Assembly: GCA_000708835.1 (NCBI GenBank)
Contig: DF236996.1
Coordinates: 154,397-218,396, forward strand
From: Klebsormidium nitens
Taxonomy: Eukaryota; Plantae; Klebsormidiophyceae
Direction of reading: 5' to 3'
Length of the DNA stretch: 64,000 nucleotides
This document shows, piece after piece, positions 12,101-24,029 of this stretch (position 1 is its first letter; the number at the start of each line of letters is the position of its first letter). Made by a program: the position numbers and the translations under genes. The notes beneath the pieces are model-generated. The model made no database searches, was not told where the DNA came from, and saw only the letters and a list, made by a program, of their open reading frames with translations.

Positions 12101-14870
12101 TGATCCAAACGGGGAACTCCTTCAAATACAGGCCGTCAGCAGATACTCGGGCATCGAAAACGGCCTCAGTCGGCTTCCAACAAAAAAGCAATTGGCGCCG
12201 GCTTACTTTCAGTAGCTTGTACTCGGGTTTCGTCTCGAACTCCTGCCCCGCGAACGCGAAGCACGGCTTTGAGCCCGCCATGACTTGCGACGCCACCTTT
12301 GGGAACTCCTTCAGGCTACGAAAGCGGTCCACCTGCGCACCGACGACAGCCGTTCAGAACCCGCCACGAGATAACCGGCCACGAGATCTCAGATGGATCG
12401 TCTGATCGGAACATTCGGTATTGACGGTGGGGAGAAGGGGCTGTCAGAACGGATCAAGGGAGAACGTGGACTCCCGAGCTGATATAAGAGACCCCTCCTA
12501 ACTATTACCCCTACAATCGACGGTCTGGATTTCCGAATTCATCCATTGTGACCGTCGATCAGAGTCGTCAGAATGGACAGGGGGTCCCTAGGAAGTCTGA
12601 CGGGAGTCCCTGTTCTCTTTCTGTCCGTTCTGGCAGTGAAGGTGGTGTCTGTAAGGCCCGAGAGCTATTTTTGACCCCACGACTTTATGAATCAGCCATA
12701 AGTTCAACTGGAACATCTGACCGTTGAAAACTGCATGGCAGGAAGCCCGGGTGTTCTTAATTACAGCCTCGGTCAGCTTTCGTTTACCCGTTTATGCTAC
12801 TGCCGTCAATTCATGGCATGACCTCGTCACTTTGAGTGACCCTACTCAGACTCTCAGAACAGTACAATTGTGCGCCTGATCTGAAGGAAGAAGTCCATCA
12901 CACCGTTTTTCCCAGAGCGCCGTGAAGGCAACATTCAACGATCAAGAATTACATCTGCCAAAGGTAGACGTAAAGCCCTAGACTGGTATACCCGCCAAGC
13001 TTATCAAGTTACCCGGTTCAGTGCGCAGATTACCCTTCGCCATGGACGATATGAAGGAAACTACTATCACGACTCAACATCGATGTTTGAAAGCTTGATC
13101 CGTCCGAGGGCTACCAAAGACGAACTTGAGTTGAATTCAGTAGTGTCCTGCTCGGAAAGTTTGAACCCCTGTGTGCTCTACAATGCACCATTTCTTCATA
13201 CCGGTTTGAGCCCCTTGAAAAGAATAACTCGTTTTGCAACCCCTTGACCTTCAAGCGTGAGGGCTGAAACATAGGCCCCGGGACCATGGAAATGCTTCAG
13301 ATGCAATTTTTCGTGCCCTTGGTTTCTATCCTCACCCCGAGCTCGACCATGTCGTAGAGATGGTGGTCGAACATCCTGCCAAGCACGAGGTTGTGCGGCC
13401 GCTTCTTGGAGTGGGAGGCAAACTGCAAACAGGCAATCAAAAACTGTCAATATAAGTTCCAGGATGTCACATAATGAGAGTGCACAAGCCCCTCCTTCAC
13501 TGATGTTGTGATGAACACCGGAAACAACCACAGCCATGTAATGTTTCTTTTGATACACAATTTGCAGCAGGGGCCCAAATCGAAACTGACAATTGAACTA
13601 ATTTCAAACTTTCTAAAGGCGGAAATCAAATCAAATCAATCGGGGGGCTGGCGGAAGGTTCGAAGGAGAAAACTACAAACCAGTGCGCCAGAAGCGCCCC
13701 TCACATGACTGGCATGATCACTGCTGAACCCCTCTAAGAAGTAGGCCAGTTACCACAACTCCATCGCGTATTCGCAAGGCTCATTGTCATTTGTAACCCT
13801 CGTCAAAACTGGATACCAACAAAGACTTATCGGAGATCCTCCAACGACAAATGCACAATCATTTTCAAGATCTCACACCAGATTGGATTCAACACTTTGC
13901 TTTTACCCACTCCAAGCCAGAATGCCAAAACCACAAAATATCACTAAAAATCGGAGGGCTGGCTAACATGCAGTCAACCAAGAGAAAGAGGAGCTATTTG
14001 AAAAGCTAATTGGGCCCCAGGAAATTGGAGCACTCACTGCGAACATACTGCAATCGTGTTGCTGCGCGAGCCGCTCAAGCGGTTGCTCCATGCCCCCCTC
14101 AAACGGCCGGATGTTCTCATTGTTGCGTGTCAGCTTTTTGGCCTGCTCTTCGAACCTTTTCAGCGTGTACAGCTCTGAAATCACGTTCTTGATTACAGCG
14201 CTGGTTTTACCCCCAAACAGCAGGAGTGCGTTCTTTGGGTTCTCATCCTGCAATTAGTGCGGCGCAATTGTGTCACTTTCGAGGACACTTGTGATTGAAC
14301 AAGCTGAAAAGTGCTCGTGTATCCGTCAGAGGGTATCAGCAATGAATCGGAAGCAGATGGGAAAGGACAACTGGTGGGGCATTCTCATTCTCCATGCACG
14401 GCTTGATTGGGGTCCTTCTGAGATTGGGGCAAACAAGGAGAAATGGAACTTCAGGGTCTGCACGTGGGTCCATTAAGCTGAAATAAAAGTGGTTGGTGGT
14501 AAACACTCGACATGTATTATGTAATGCCGCAAGATAGATGGCGAATGCAGTGAGCGGTAACGCTACTGGCTTGATGGTAATGGCAGGCCCAAACCTCTGA
14601 GACTATCCAAATTTTTCCAAGAGACAAGAGGGTAGGACCAAACCTCTACCACTGCTTCATCAAGAAGAAGAATGCTGACGGAGAGTCAGGTGCCACTCGG
14701 CCGTCCAAACCCTAATTCACCGCAAATTCATTAATGCCACTCTGATCAAGAAGTGCTTAACCCTATTCGTCAGAGCGACCAGGGGCGGCGACACTCACCA
14801 GCTTCGGAGCTCGCTTTGCGAGCACTCGCTCGCCCTTCTTCGTCTTGGGCTTCAGTATTTTAGTCGCCAT
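9198..14870 (-). CDS. RPF2: Ribosome production factor 2 homolog (Brix domain), 9 exons, about 335 aa
   Basis: Exons 14870-14799, 14247-14038, 13422-13336, 12332-12207, 11764-11711, 11293-11204, 10580-10455, 9927-9862, 9374-9198; all phase 0, GT-AG. Motifs: [85 protein letters not shown]. Confidence 0.95.
12441..12636. mobile_element. About 196-bp fold-back element (MITE-like or hairpin RNA) in RPF2 intron 3
   Basis: The left end ctgtcagaacggatcaagggagaacgtggactcccg pairs imperfectly with the right end cgggagtccctgttctctttctgtccgttctggcag. A perfect 10-bp inner stem joins atcgacggtc (12516-12525) and gaccgtcgat (12550-12559). Confidence 0.5.
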
Positions 14871-16026
14871 AATTTCTATCGCATCTGAATGCTGATTTGT
14901 ATGTTGGATAAACTTTCACCACCTTTGATTTGGGCTGCTCCTTTCCGGCAGATAAAGATGAAACGTTCGAATGTGACCACCTTAAAGCGCTCCACACTTG
15001 CAACCAACGCTAGCATAAGCTGCGCGCTGTCACGAAGTGTGAGAAATGAAAGCAAACTTGCAAGCCGGCCTGTTCACCTCAGCTGATTCAAAGCGGGGAA
15101 GCTGGGGGGCCTCGTCGTGCCGCTCTCACTTTCTCTCCTCAACCGCACGCTAGCCCTCAAGTTCGTAAGAGGGTTTCCAACGAGGCCCACGAGCAGCGTC
15201 GCTGGTGACCGTGCCTCGCGGGCGGCCTCGATGCGCGCTTCGACTGCGCGGCCGCGGACTCGCTCTCCCGCGGCCGCCTGCCGGGCGCGGACGGCGCGTC
15301 GGGTCTGGTTGGCTGCACGTGAATCCTACGCGTCTTTCGACGCAAAAAGAGCGACCTTGCTCCTGCCGTTGTAAACGCAAAAGGGGCCCACTCATGCACG
15401 AGCAGCAGGTATCAGCGTCAGCATCCTAGAGCACATCCACAGCTCATGACCCGCGCAGCTTCCGAATTGAGAGCCGCACGTTTAAACTTTCAGCGTCAGA
15501 AGGGGTGGAGAAATCTGATTGCTCTAATCCTATGATGCGACAACGCGCATGTCTGCGCGAGAGCCTGGCATCGAGCTCTTACTATGATCGAAAAGATATT
15601 GGAGATTTGTCTGGCAGAAAGGGAAGGTATAGGCTTTGACGTCAACTCAAGACGATAAGACGATGATCAAGAGTGCAAATGCTCTAAGATTGCATTTAAT
15701 AATCTCCACGCCAATCGGGCTAAAAGTCTTGACCGGCTCCCTGTTGACCAGACTCTGCTAGTTAAGACGAATCCAGGCAACTTGAGCTCAAGCAAGCTGC
15801 TTCCGGCAAAGCAACTCTTCCGAGCAACATCACTCGGCAAAGCACTTGGATCCACCTTCCATTCAAAGCGCCCATCGCTCACAAATCTCACCCTTCCCCT
15901 CCCCCCACGATTGACCTCAACGTCCGCACCCCCCTCGCGGGCACCGCCCGGTTGTGGCGCACGCACCACCCGGTCCTCGACCACACCATAAACCGACCCC
16001 CCCGAAAAAGTACCCCGGTCGAGCAT

Positions 16027-19000
16027 ATGGCGGGCCAAGACCAGCGCGCGGTGCTGATCCGCAAGTTCGACCAGGCGCACTACCTGGACTATCTAGAGGT
16101 GGGGAGGCGCCCCAAGCCGCAGCCCAAGGATGGCGAGGTGCTCATCCGCATGCTGGCCCGCCCCATCGATCCGGCAGGTGGGGGTTTGGGTTCTCAACGG
16201 AATGCTGGCGGAACTTGTGTCTTGTGTGGGTTTTGGTTTCATTTGTGGTGTTCTGACGGAATCTGTTCCTTGAGTGCTCATTCTGCGGAATTTACGGAGC
16301 TTGTGTCGAAGGGGGTGAGAATGTGGGACGAAAGAGTCTTTCTAGACAGATAGCGGACGGAATCCCATTTTGCAACAGAGAAGGTATTGCAAAGTGAACT
16401 TAGAAGCATTAGGGGATTTATGAATAATCCCCTCCGTTGTTGGAACGAAGGCGAATCATTCGTCTGGCAAGGATCTGATGCCAAAATCGTGCTTTCGTTT
16501 TTACGGCTCGCTTCTGGCATGTATCCTATATGTGAGGAATGGAGCTCGTTTAATCGAGGGAAGCTAGCATGGCATTCTCGCAGTTGGTGCATGCCTTGCT
16601 CACGGGAAGCTTTTCAGCATTAGCGCTTTTCTGACGTCTGCGAGATTCGACTTCCAGATGCTTACATGCTTCTTTCATTGCGAGCATTGCGTGCATGCAC
16701 TGCTTTTCGTGCTAAGTCAGTATATTTAAGTCCGAAATACACGCTCCTTTCTTGAGAAGGGCGAAGTGTTTTGGAAACTGCGCCCGTAAGAAAGTATGGG
16801 ATTCTTATATCGGATTCGACCTGCTCTGCGCGGCATTATTTTCACGAGCTCGTGCAACTGCTTTATCCAACGGACTCTCCCTTTGAATCTATCATCCCAC
16901 GTCGTCTTGCATTTTGATCAGCGCATCACTCTACCTTCAGATACTTTTCATTGACATTTCTCAATTGTGAGAGATGATTTTCCGTCTCTGTATCTTCTTT
17001 AGGCAGCTTCACGCTCAGGGGCATCGCTTCTGACAGTCCTCCTACAGTTTTCCCGCTTGTTTCTCACACGCTTTTGGCCTTTAGCATTTAGTGGTCCGAA
17101 AGTTTGTGGATTTGAACCTTCGAAGTGCAAGTGCAGACCCCTTTGTTCCTTAGAAAGTCCCTGTCCTGACGTCACTCCCTGCAATATACTCACATGCCAA
17201 AGCAAGGACCTTGAGTGTGCGTAAGTCTCTCAGACTCACCCGCAGACTATTTTTTGTAGGACAATAAAAAATTGTTGCATCGATCCTGAGAGGAGCATTC
17301 AGTTTCGAACACTTTATCCCGTCCAAACGCTCCTGTCTGCAGACACTGTCTCGCTCAGGGGCATCTAAGTTTGCTCCCCTGCACAAGTTTGCACGAACAT
17401 TTAACCTTTGTTTTTGCAGACGTTCTGTCTCTCAAGGGCATCTATCCTGGCTTTCGCCCGAGCGAGCTTCCGGCGGTACCGGGCCTGGAGGGCATGGGCA
17501 AGGTCGAGGAGGTGCGCACATCTCTATTTTCTTCCTTGTTTCCCTTATCTGCTTTTGATATTCTTTTCTAGGATTCCATTGCAGCCGCAGACGTCAGCAC
17601 TGCTATTTGACGGCGAATTCAGTATCTCTTTTGGGCTCCTCTTTGACTGAGCGGAACGACTCAACCAAAGCATCTCTCGTCGAGGCTCTGTGGACCCGTC
17701 TGAACGCAATTTTTATTCCCCCTGCTTTCTGTGCCATTTCGGCGTCAACTGGTTGTAAACCCAGGGGGATGTGAAGTGCAGATGTACGCATCATATGCAT
17801 AAGAAGGCGCATCGTGTCCGTTTGAGCGGATTTAGGCCGGCGGCACCGTTCGACTGAATATTGGACATATCTATTGAGACCCAATGACATTAAGGTCTGG
17901 GGTTGGCTCAAAAGGAAGCCAATCCTCACCACCTTACCGGATGGGGCTGGACGAGCTCTGGGTTTTCGATCCTGGGACTTCGCTATGTTTTCTTGAAGAC
18001 CAGGAGTGGACGTTTTCAGGCCCCCTTATCGATGGGGATTGACGTGGATATGTCCGGCTTGTCTGGAACTTCCTAATTCGCACCTTAAATCAATCTATTA
18101 CCGAATCCGTTGGATCGGCTAACCCGGTGCGGGTTCCTTAACGGAGCAAAAACTGTGCGCTTTTCAGCTAACCCGTGCGCTTTCAAATCGCCGCCGTCAA
18201 GGTCAAGACCGGGTTCTGCTCGAAGAATGTCTTGCCTTAAAAGCTGACAAGAAGTCCTGAAAATGGGTTGAGAAGAATACCCCGGTTCTATTACCCGTCC
18301 CGAAGATGGCTAATACGTCAACGTATCTGGGGGTTGGAAGCCGGGTTATGGTCAAACATGATTTTCCTAGGACACTGACTCCAAGCTCTGGAGTCAATTT
18401 GGACGGAGGTGCCAGGTTATCCTAACCCAGGTTCTGGGATCAGATCGAACGGTGCTAACCCGAATTACAATCCCCTTCCGCAGGTGGGTCATCACGTCAC
18501 CGCCCTCGAGGTTGGAGACCGGGTGGTGCCCCTTCTAGCGTCCGACTACGCCAAGCACGGCAACGGATCCTGGCAGGTGAGCAGCTCTCCGACGGACACT
18601 TGGCTCAAATTCAAGCCGTAAACTCCGTCCTCGTCGTAAGAGCAGTGAATTCGTCTAGAAACGATCACTCGCAGTGCGGCAACGGTCCCGGCAGGTGGGC
18701 AGCTCTCCGTTGGACACGTGGCTTAAACCTTCGGAGTCGATATCTCGCCCTTCGTACCGGCAAAGAAATATCCATTCAATAGGAATTGGAACTGTGTTTC
18801 TCTGTGCCGATGTCTAGGGATGAGAACGTACGCTGCGAAAACGAGCACTGCAATTGGCGGCCTCAATGTTGGTTTGACCGTTAAGGCAGAACACGAGACC
18901 GAAGGTTCTGACATCAACGGAAATATTCCGAGATTTCCTTCCGAGCGTTATCCATTCTATCAGGAGGTGTGAAGAATCTCACGCTAGCTTTGGCGCGCTA

Positions 19001-22000
19001 CTCATAAGGAAACAGGTTCCACTTCTGTTCCGTTTCAGCCATATGGCTTTTTTGTCAGGCAGATGCACGCTTTGCACAACGGATCCATGAGCGTTCTTTG
19101 ACTCAACGGCAAACATCGTCTTTCAGCCCATCTTCTGCTTCTGACGCCAATACCAAAACTTCGAGCTCGCCATGTCTTGCAGCTTTAATCGCGGCCGCTC
19201 AAATCAAGTCATCCGCTGGTTCTAAGGCTTAAAATCTTGACAGTTGTCCTTTTTTCTTTCTTCCAGGAGTTCATCGCGGTCAAGGCGAGTGACGTCGTGG
19301 TGATGCCGGACAGCATCACGGACGGCGAGGCGGCGCAGTTCTTCGTCAACCCGTGGACGTGCCTCGGCCTCTACCGCTCCATCAACCCCAGCGCCGGCGA
19401 CTGGGTCATCCAAACCGCGGCCACGTCGGTGCTCGGCAGGCAGTTCATCCAGCTGTGCAAGCACAAGGGCGTCAAGGTGGGAAAGCGCTCAAATCCGGTT
19501 AAACAAACCAAGTATTTTAAGCGTTTCAAGATCTGGTAAAAGGAGTGAGTGGGTCATCCAAAGCGCGGCGACTTCGATTCTCAGGAGGCAGTTCATCCAG
19601 CTGTGCAAGCACAAGGGCGTCAAGGTGAGAATACGCTCAAATGCGGGTTATTTGAGTTGGTTAAGGGTTTGGAGAGTTGGTTTGGTTGATAGGTCTGCGA
19701 GGGAGTGGGTTATTCAAACGGCAGCAACGTGGTGCTCGGGCGGCAATTGATCCGGCTGCCCAAGCACAAGGGCGTCAAGGTGGGAATGCACTCCAATCCA
19801 ATTTGTTGCAGAAACTGGGTAAGGATTTGCAAGGGTGCTCAAAACAGGATGAAATAGCCAGGGAGTGGATCCTCGAACCGCGGCAACCTGACTTCATGCA
19901 ACTTAAAAGTAGTACAGGGGCGTGGATTTGACAATGCGCTCGAATCTGAGTACGGGTCTGGATTAGACATACGTTGATTGGCTTTGGGGGAGAAGCCTTG
20001 TAGAACGGGGCCACTTCCGTGCTTGGAGTTTTATGCAGCCTTGGAAGCAAGGCGTTAAGCTGAAATCCTTCTCAGAACGCGAAGAGGCTTCTGCGCTGAG
20101 CCTTTCTCTGTTTCGAATTTGCTCAACGGGATTTTTAAACCTTTCTTAACGAAACGTGCTGACTTGTGCATAACGTCATCATTCGCAGACGGTGAACCTG
20201 GTGCGGCGGCCCGAGGCGGCGAAGGAGGTGCATCTTTATGGTTCAAACCCCTTTTCCCCAGTCATCGCCGAAGCGAACGCTGACGTGCGACGTGCTGACG
20301 TGTACATGACGTCATCCTGACGCAGACGGTGAACCTGGTGCGGCGGCCCGAGGCGGCCAAGGAGCTGCTGGACCTGGGCGCTGATGTGGTGCTCTCACAG
20401 GACGACCCGTGCCTGGCCGACAAGATCCGGAACGCGACCGGGCCATCGCTGGCGGTCGGGGCGATCGACCCGGTCGCGGGCAAGCTTACCAAGGTGCGCC
20501 ACGTGGCAATCATGCATTGGGCGCCCGGCTTTCGCTACGGTGGCAGGCTTTGTGGAAGCCAAAGATTATGTGTGAGGGTTCGCAGCTAGGATCAACATAC
20601 GAAGTGGGATTCTTACCAAATAGCAGGTTCCGCACTTTGTGCATCGTGTCGAAAGGTTCCGTTGTTTCCGTTTTGGTCGCGACCATCACGCCATTCTCGA
20701 GAGGCTGAGAGGCCGCACGGCCAAGAGCACTTTGTTTCCCTCTTTCTTTCGTTCCTTCCGTTTTGGATTTTTGTGATACCTCGCGAAGAGATTCGGAGAT
20801 TCCGTTCCTCGCCAATGTCCCCAATGAATGCCGCCATCCCGTCTGTCTGCAAAATCTGACAAGATTAGTGCATGTGGAAGCGTCGGTGTTCTCAAAGCAT
20901 TTCTGAGCCGCCTGAATTTCTCAGATGCGACGCAGTTAAGTGATAAGACAGAACAAATCGACTTAGTGCTTCATTCGGTGACGGCGTGCGTGTAAGAATT
21001 TGTGTTGTATTCGAAAAATCCGAGAGGCACGGTGCTCCTTCAAACTGTTTCCTTCCGTCTCCTCGCCGTTCCGCCGCCCCGCTGTTCCTAGACGCGCGGA
21101 CAGAATGCGTGTGCAAGGTCGCATTAGCGTTCGATGCGAACATGCGACTCCTTTTATCCTCACTTCTCCCGACCGTAACCTTCTGCTTTCCCACGGTTTC
21201 ACAACTGCTTATTCCATTCCGCCATTCCGCTGTTCCCCCGCCGCTGACGGAGTGTGTGCCGGATGAAGGGTGCGTGTCCCAAGACCCGTTCTTGGGCAGC
21301 GCTTAGACGTCTCAACTTGCTCATGTCCCCTTTTGGAGGCCACAGAATCTGCTCCCCTCTCCGCAACTGCTGATCCGGTCCGCCGTTCCGCTGATCCGCA
21401 GCCGCTGACGGAATGCGTCCGCGAGGACGCGTGCGTGTACCCGTACGCGTTCCTGGGCGGTGCAAAGACGCATACTGAGCTTTTTCATTCACTTCCGAAT
21501 CGCGATTTCTTTGTTCTCCGCGGTTTCCGCGAACTTTCCTGATCCGTTCCGCCGTTCCGCCGTTCCGGAGCGCTTACAGAGTGTATGCGCAGGACCCGGG
21601 CGTGTGCGTTGACCTGGGAAGCGCCAAAACCGCCGAAGACGCTTAATACGTAATCTATAACAATGCTCTCCGCCTTTCCGAAGCCGTCTTCTCACTGCTC
21701 AATTGACTCCGCCGTTCCGCCGTTCCGCAGCCCCTGACGGAGTGCGTCCGCGAGGACGCGTGCGTGTATTTGTACGCGTTCCTGGGCGGCGCGGACGCGA
21801 TCGTGAACACGATGGACCTGCTGTTCAAGCACGTGAAAGTCACCGGCTACTGGGTCTCGCGCGACTTCCACCTCATGTCGCGCGAGGAGCGCCAGAAGGA
21901 AGCCGCCACGGTGAGCCGCCCACCAGAATTTCGAAAGTTGTCGTCCTCAGAATTGGTAAATCGTTGCACCGGCAATTGAGTGATAAATGAGGACTTTCAT

Positions 22001-22560
22001 GCATCGCCAGGAGGAAACCCCAACGATGAGCCACACCGACCAGTTAAGGATCGCTGACCCTTCCTTTTCAGAAGAATCTTATTTGTACAGTGGCAATACA
22101 TTGAGATATGAGGGCTCGCATGCGTGCTGGACGAATTCCAACCGGAAAAACTCGGCTGGTTCCAAGGTGTGCTGTCCAGAGAACCCGGAAAACTTGCAGA
22201 TCTTGAACCTGATCCAGCAGACACAATCTTCGCAAGAGCAGCAGCAGCCATCAAACGGACTCCGATTCAGAATCCGACTTAGCTCTTTGTGATTCTCCCC
22301 GCAGGGTGATCGACCCGATGTAGCAAAAGAACGACCAGGGCAAGAAATGAAAGAACCAGTGGTTGATTCACAGTCGACTTATCTTGGAACTGATGAGCTG
22401 ACGTCACATTCCCGCGCAGGTGATCGACCTGATCCAGCAGAAGGTGATCAGCACCTCGGAGGGCCCGCACTTCGACCTGGCTGACGTCAGGGAGGCCGTC
22501 ATCAAGGCGCAGGAGCCGACGTCCAAGCGCGGCGGCGGGAAGGTCATGCTCGTCGGCTGA
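16027..22560 (+). CDS. MDR-superfamily NAD(P)H oxidoreductase (zinc-independent enoyl-reductase / quinone-reductase type), 7 exons, about 344 aa
   Basis: Exons 16027-16177, 17420-17511, 18484-18576, 19267-19476, 20326-20493, 21731-21910, 22420-22560. GroES-like motifs: DGEVLIRMLARPIDPAD, PAVPGLEGMGKVEEVG, VGDRVVP. Also AAQFFVNPWT, the Rossmann motif WVIQTAATSVLGRQFIQ, and C-terminal GGKVML. No Cys-based Zn ligands. Confidence 0.92.
19550..19930 (+). repeat. Three echoes of the MDR exon 4 end plus donor, period about 150-160 bp
   Basis: The real TGG...GTCAAG|GT at 19402-19476 is copied at 19550-19624 (GTGAG follows), 19706-19779 (GTGGG follows) and, degraded, from 19866. Confidence 0.9.
21065..21630 (+). 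repeat. Four echoes of the MDR exon 6 acceptor plus start, period about 160 bp
   Basis: Units of the form ccgccgttccg(cag)-ccnctgacggagtgcgtccgcgaggacgcgtgcgtgta lie at about 21065, 21225, 21385 and 21545; the real copy is at 21715-21790. Confidence 0.9.
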
Positions 22561-24029
22561 GCAGGGTTCAGGGTTTGGGAAAGGCTTTGGTTTAAAAGAG
22601 GATTGTCCAACTAGTAGAGGTCTGTACAGAAGCTTGAATGTGTGAGCGGTACAGAGAGGCTAGAAGGAAACGGAGGTGTTCAGATTGTGCGTTCGAAGGG
22701 TCGTCGAATTAGGCGCCGTGTGAGTGTGTACTAGGAAAGGTAGAAAGCCCACATCGGTCCTGTTTCCAGAACAGCTGTTTTTGCTGTCGGTAGAGGTGTA
22801 CAGATATGCCGTCCCGGAGTAGAAACCAATGAAAATAAAGATTAGCCCAGTCGAACCCGCCGATCGGAGACTTGAAACGCGAGCCGTTTTCACGAGCTCT
22901 TTGTAGAAGAGAGAGAACGTATATGTCCAAGATTTCAGAGTATACATGTTAGCACTTGCTCGTGTGGTTCTTGGATGCTCGACTGCGGAGAGTTCTGTCC
23001 TCGAATCTGATGCCCAAGCCGCTCTGCTCACCGTACGGAGGACTAGAATGTCCTCCCCCTTGCAACTTTTGCGATGAAGGCTTTACTATGGGGTCAAAGA
23101 TTTCTCGTTTTCGAAGCAGTGAATCTGCTAGGGTTAGTAGGGTTACTCGCTCAAGTTTCGATCCCGGTCAACGCGGTCGACCCGGTAAGGGCTTCGGTCA
23201 ATAGGATCACGAATACATATGCCTTACCGTTTTAGGAACATGTCATGTCAATAAAATAGGGGAGGCAAATATGATTGACAACAGCTTTTTATCAGCCGCT
23301 TCCAAGCAAGCATGGATGAAAGATGCTGTAATTATTAAGCGGTATCAGGCTGCACTTGCAGGTATGGGCAAATTTGATGCAAGAATTCGAATGACCAACT
23401 TGCACATATGAAGTTCTGCTTGCAGGCTAACGGAACATGTTCAAAGTACTTCTTTCGACTGAAGAAGCCTGATGAATCCGTACATCCGATTCATATCTCA
23501 CATTCCGAATACGGAAATCACTTCTGCTTCAAAAAATCCATGTACGTATACTAAATGTTAGCTGAGACGTGGCGGGTCACGCATGGGCGACTGCAACCAA
23601 CAGTCGTCAAATTTGTGCATGTTTGTGTTTGCGCGCGTCGTGTTCATGAATCTCAAGCTACGTGGCTCAAGCTCTGACTGAGTAAAGGGTATTACAATTC
23701 CTGGCATCAAGGATGCCCAATCAGGATGTCCATAATTCTACGGATATGCTGCATGCGGCGCCACCCAGAATAATCCTGAAGTCTTCGAACGACCACCCTA
23801 ACGTGTGCCAAGCACATATGGTAAGCTTAACTGTCATTACTGAGGCGTTAACCGTTGTATACTGCGGTAGAGGTTCTGTGCGCTTCACTAATCATTTACC
23901 GAGGGATCTGCGAGACCTGCTTGGTCGGTCGGATGCATCTATAGTGAAGAAGTCGCCACGCGCACGACGTGGTTAGCTAGCCATGCCCCGTTTCTCTTCT
24001 TTGATTCTCGTTCTTTTACTGCGCGTTTC

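Noticed and set aside
19550-19624. MDR echo copy 1 as a mutually exclusive exon
   Set aside because: It covers only the last 25 of the 70 codons of exon 4, and exon 4 has no matching internal donor, unlike the complete fucosidase 8a/8b pair.
23130-23175. tRNA or SINE B-box-like GTTTCGATCCCGG (similar motifs at about 17965, 35118 and 41530)
   Set aside because: No cloverleaf and no properly spaced A box could be built.
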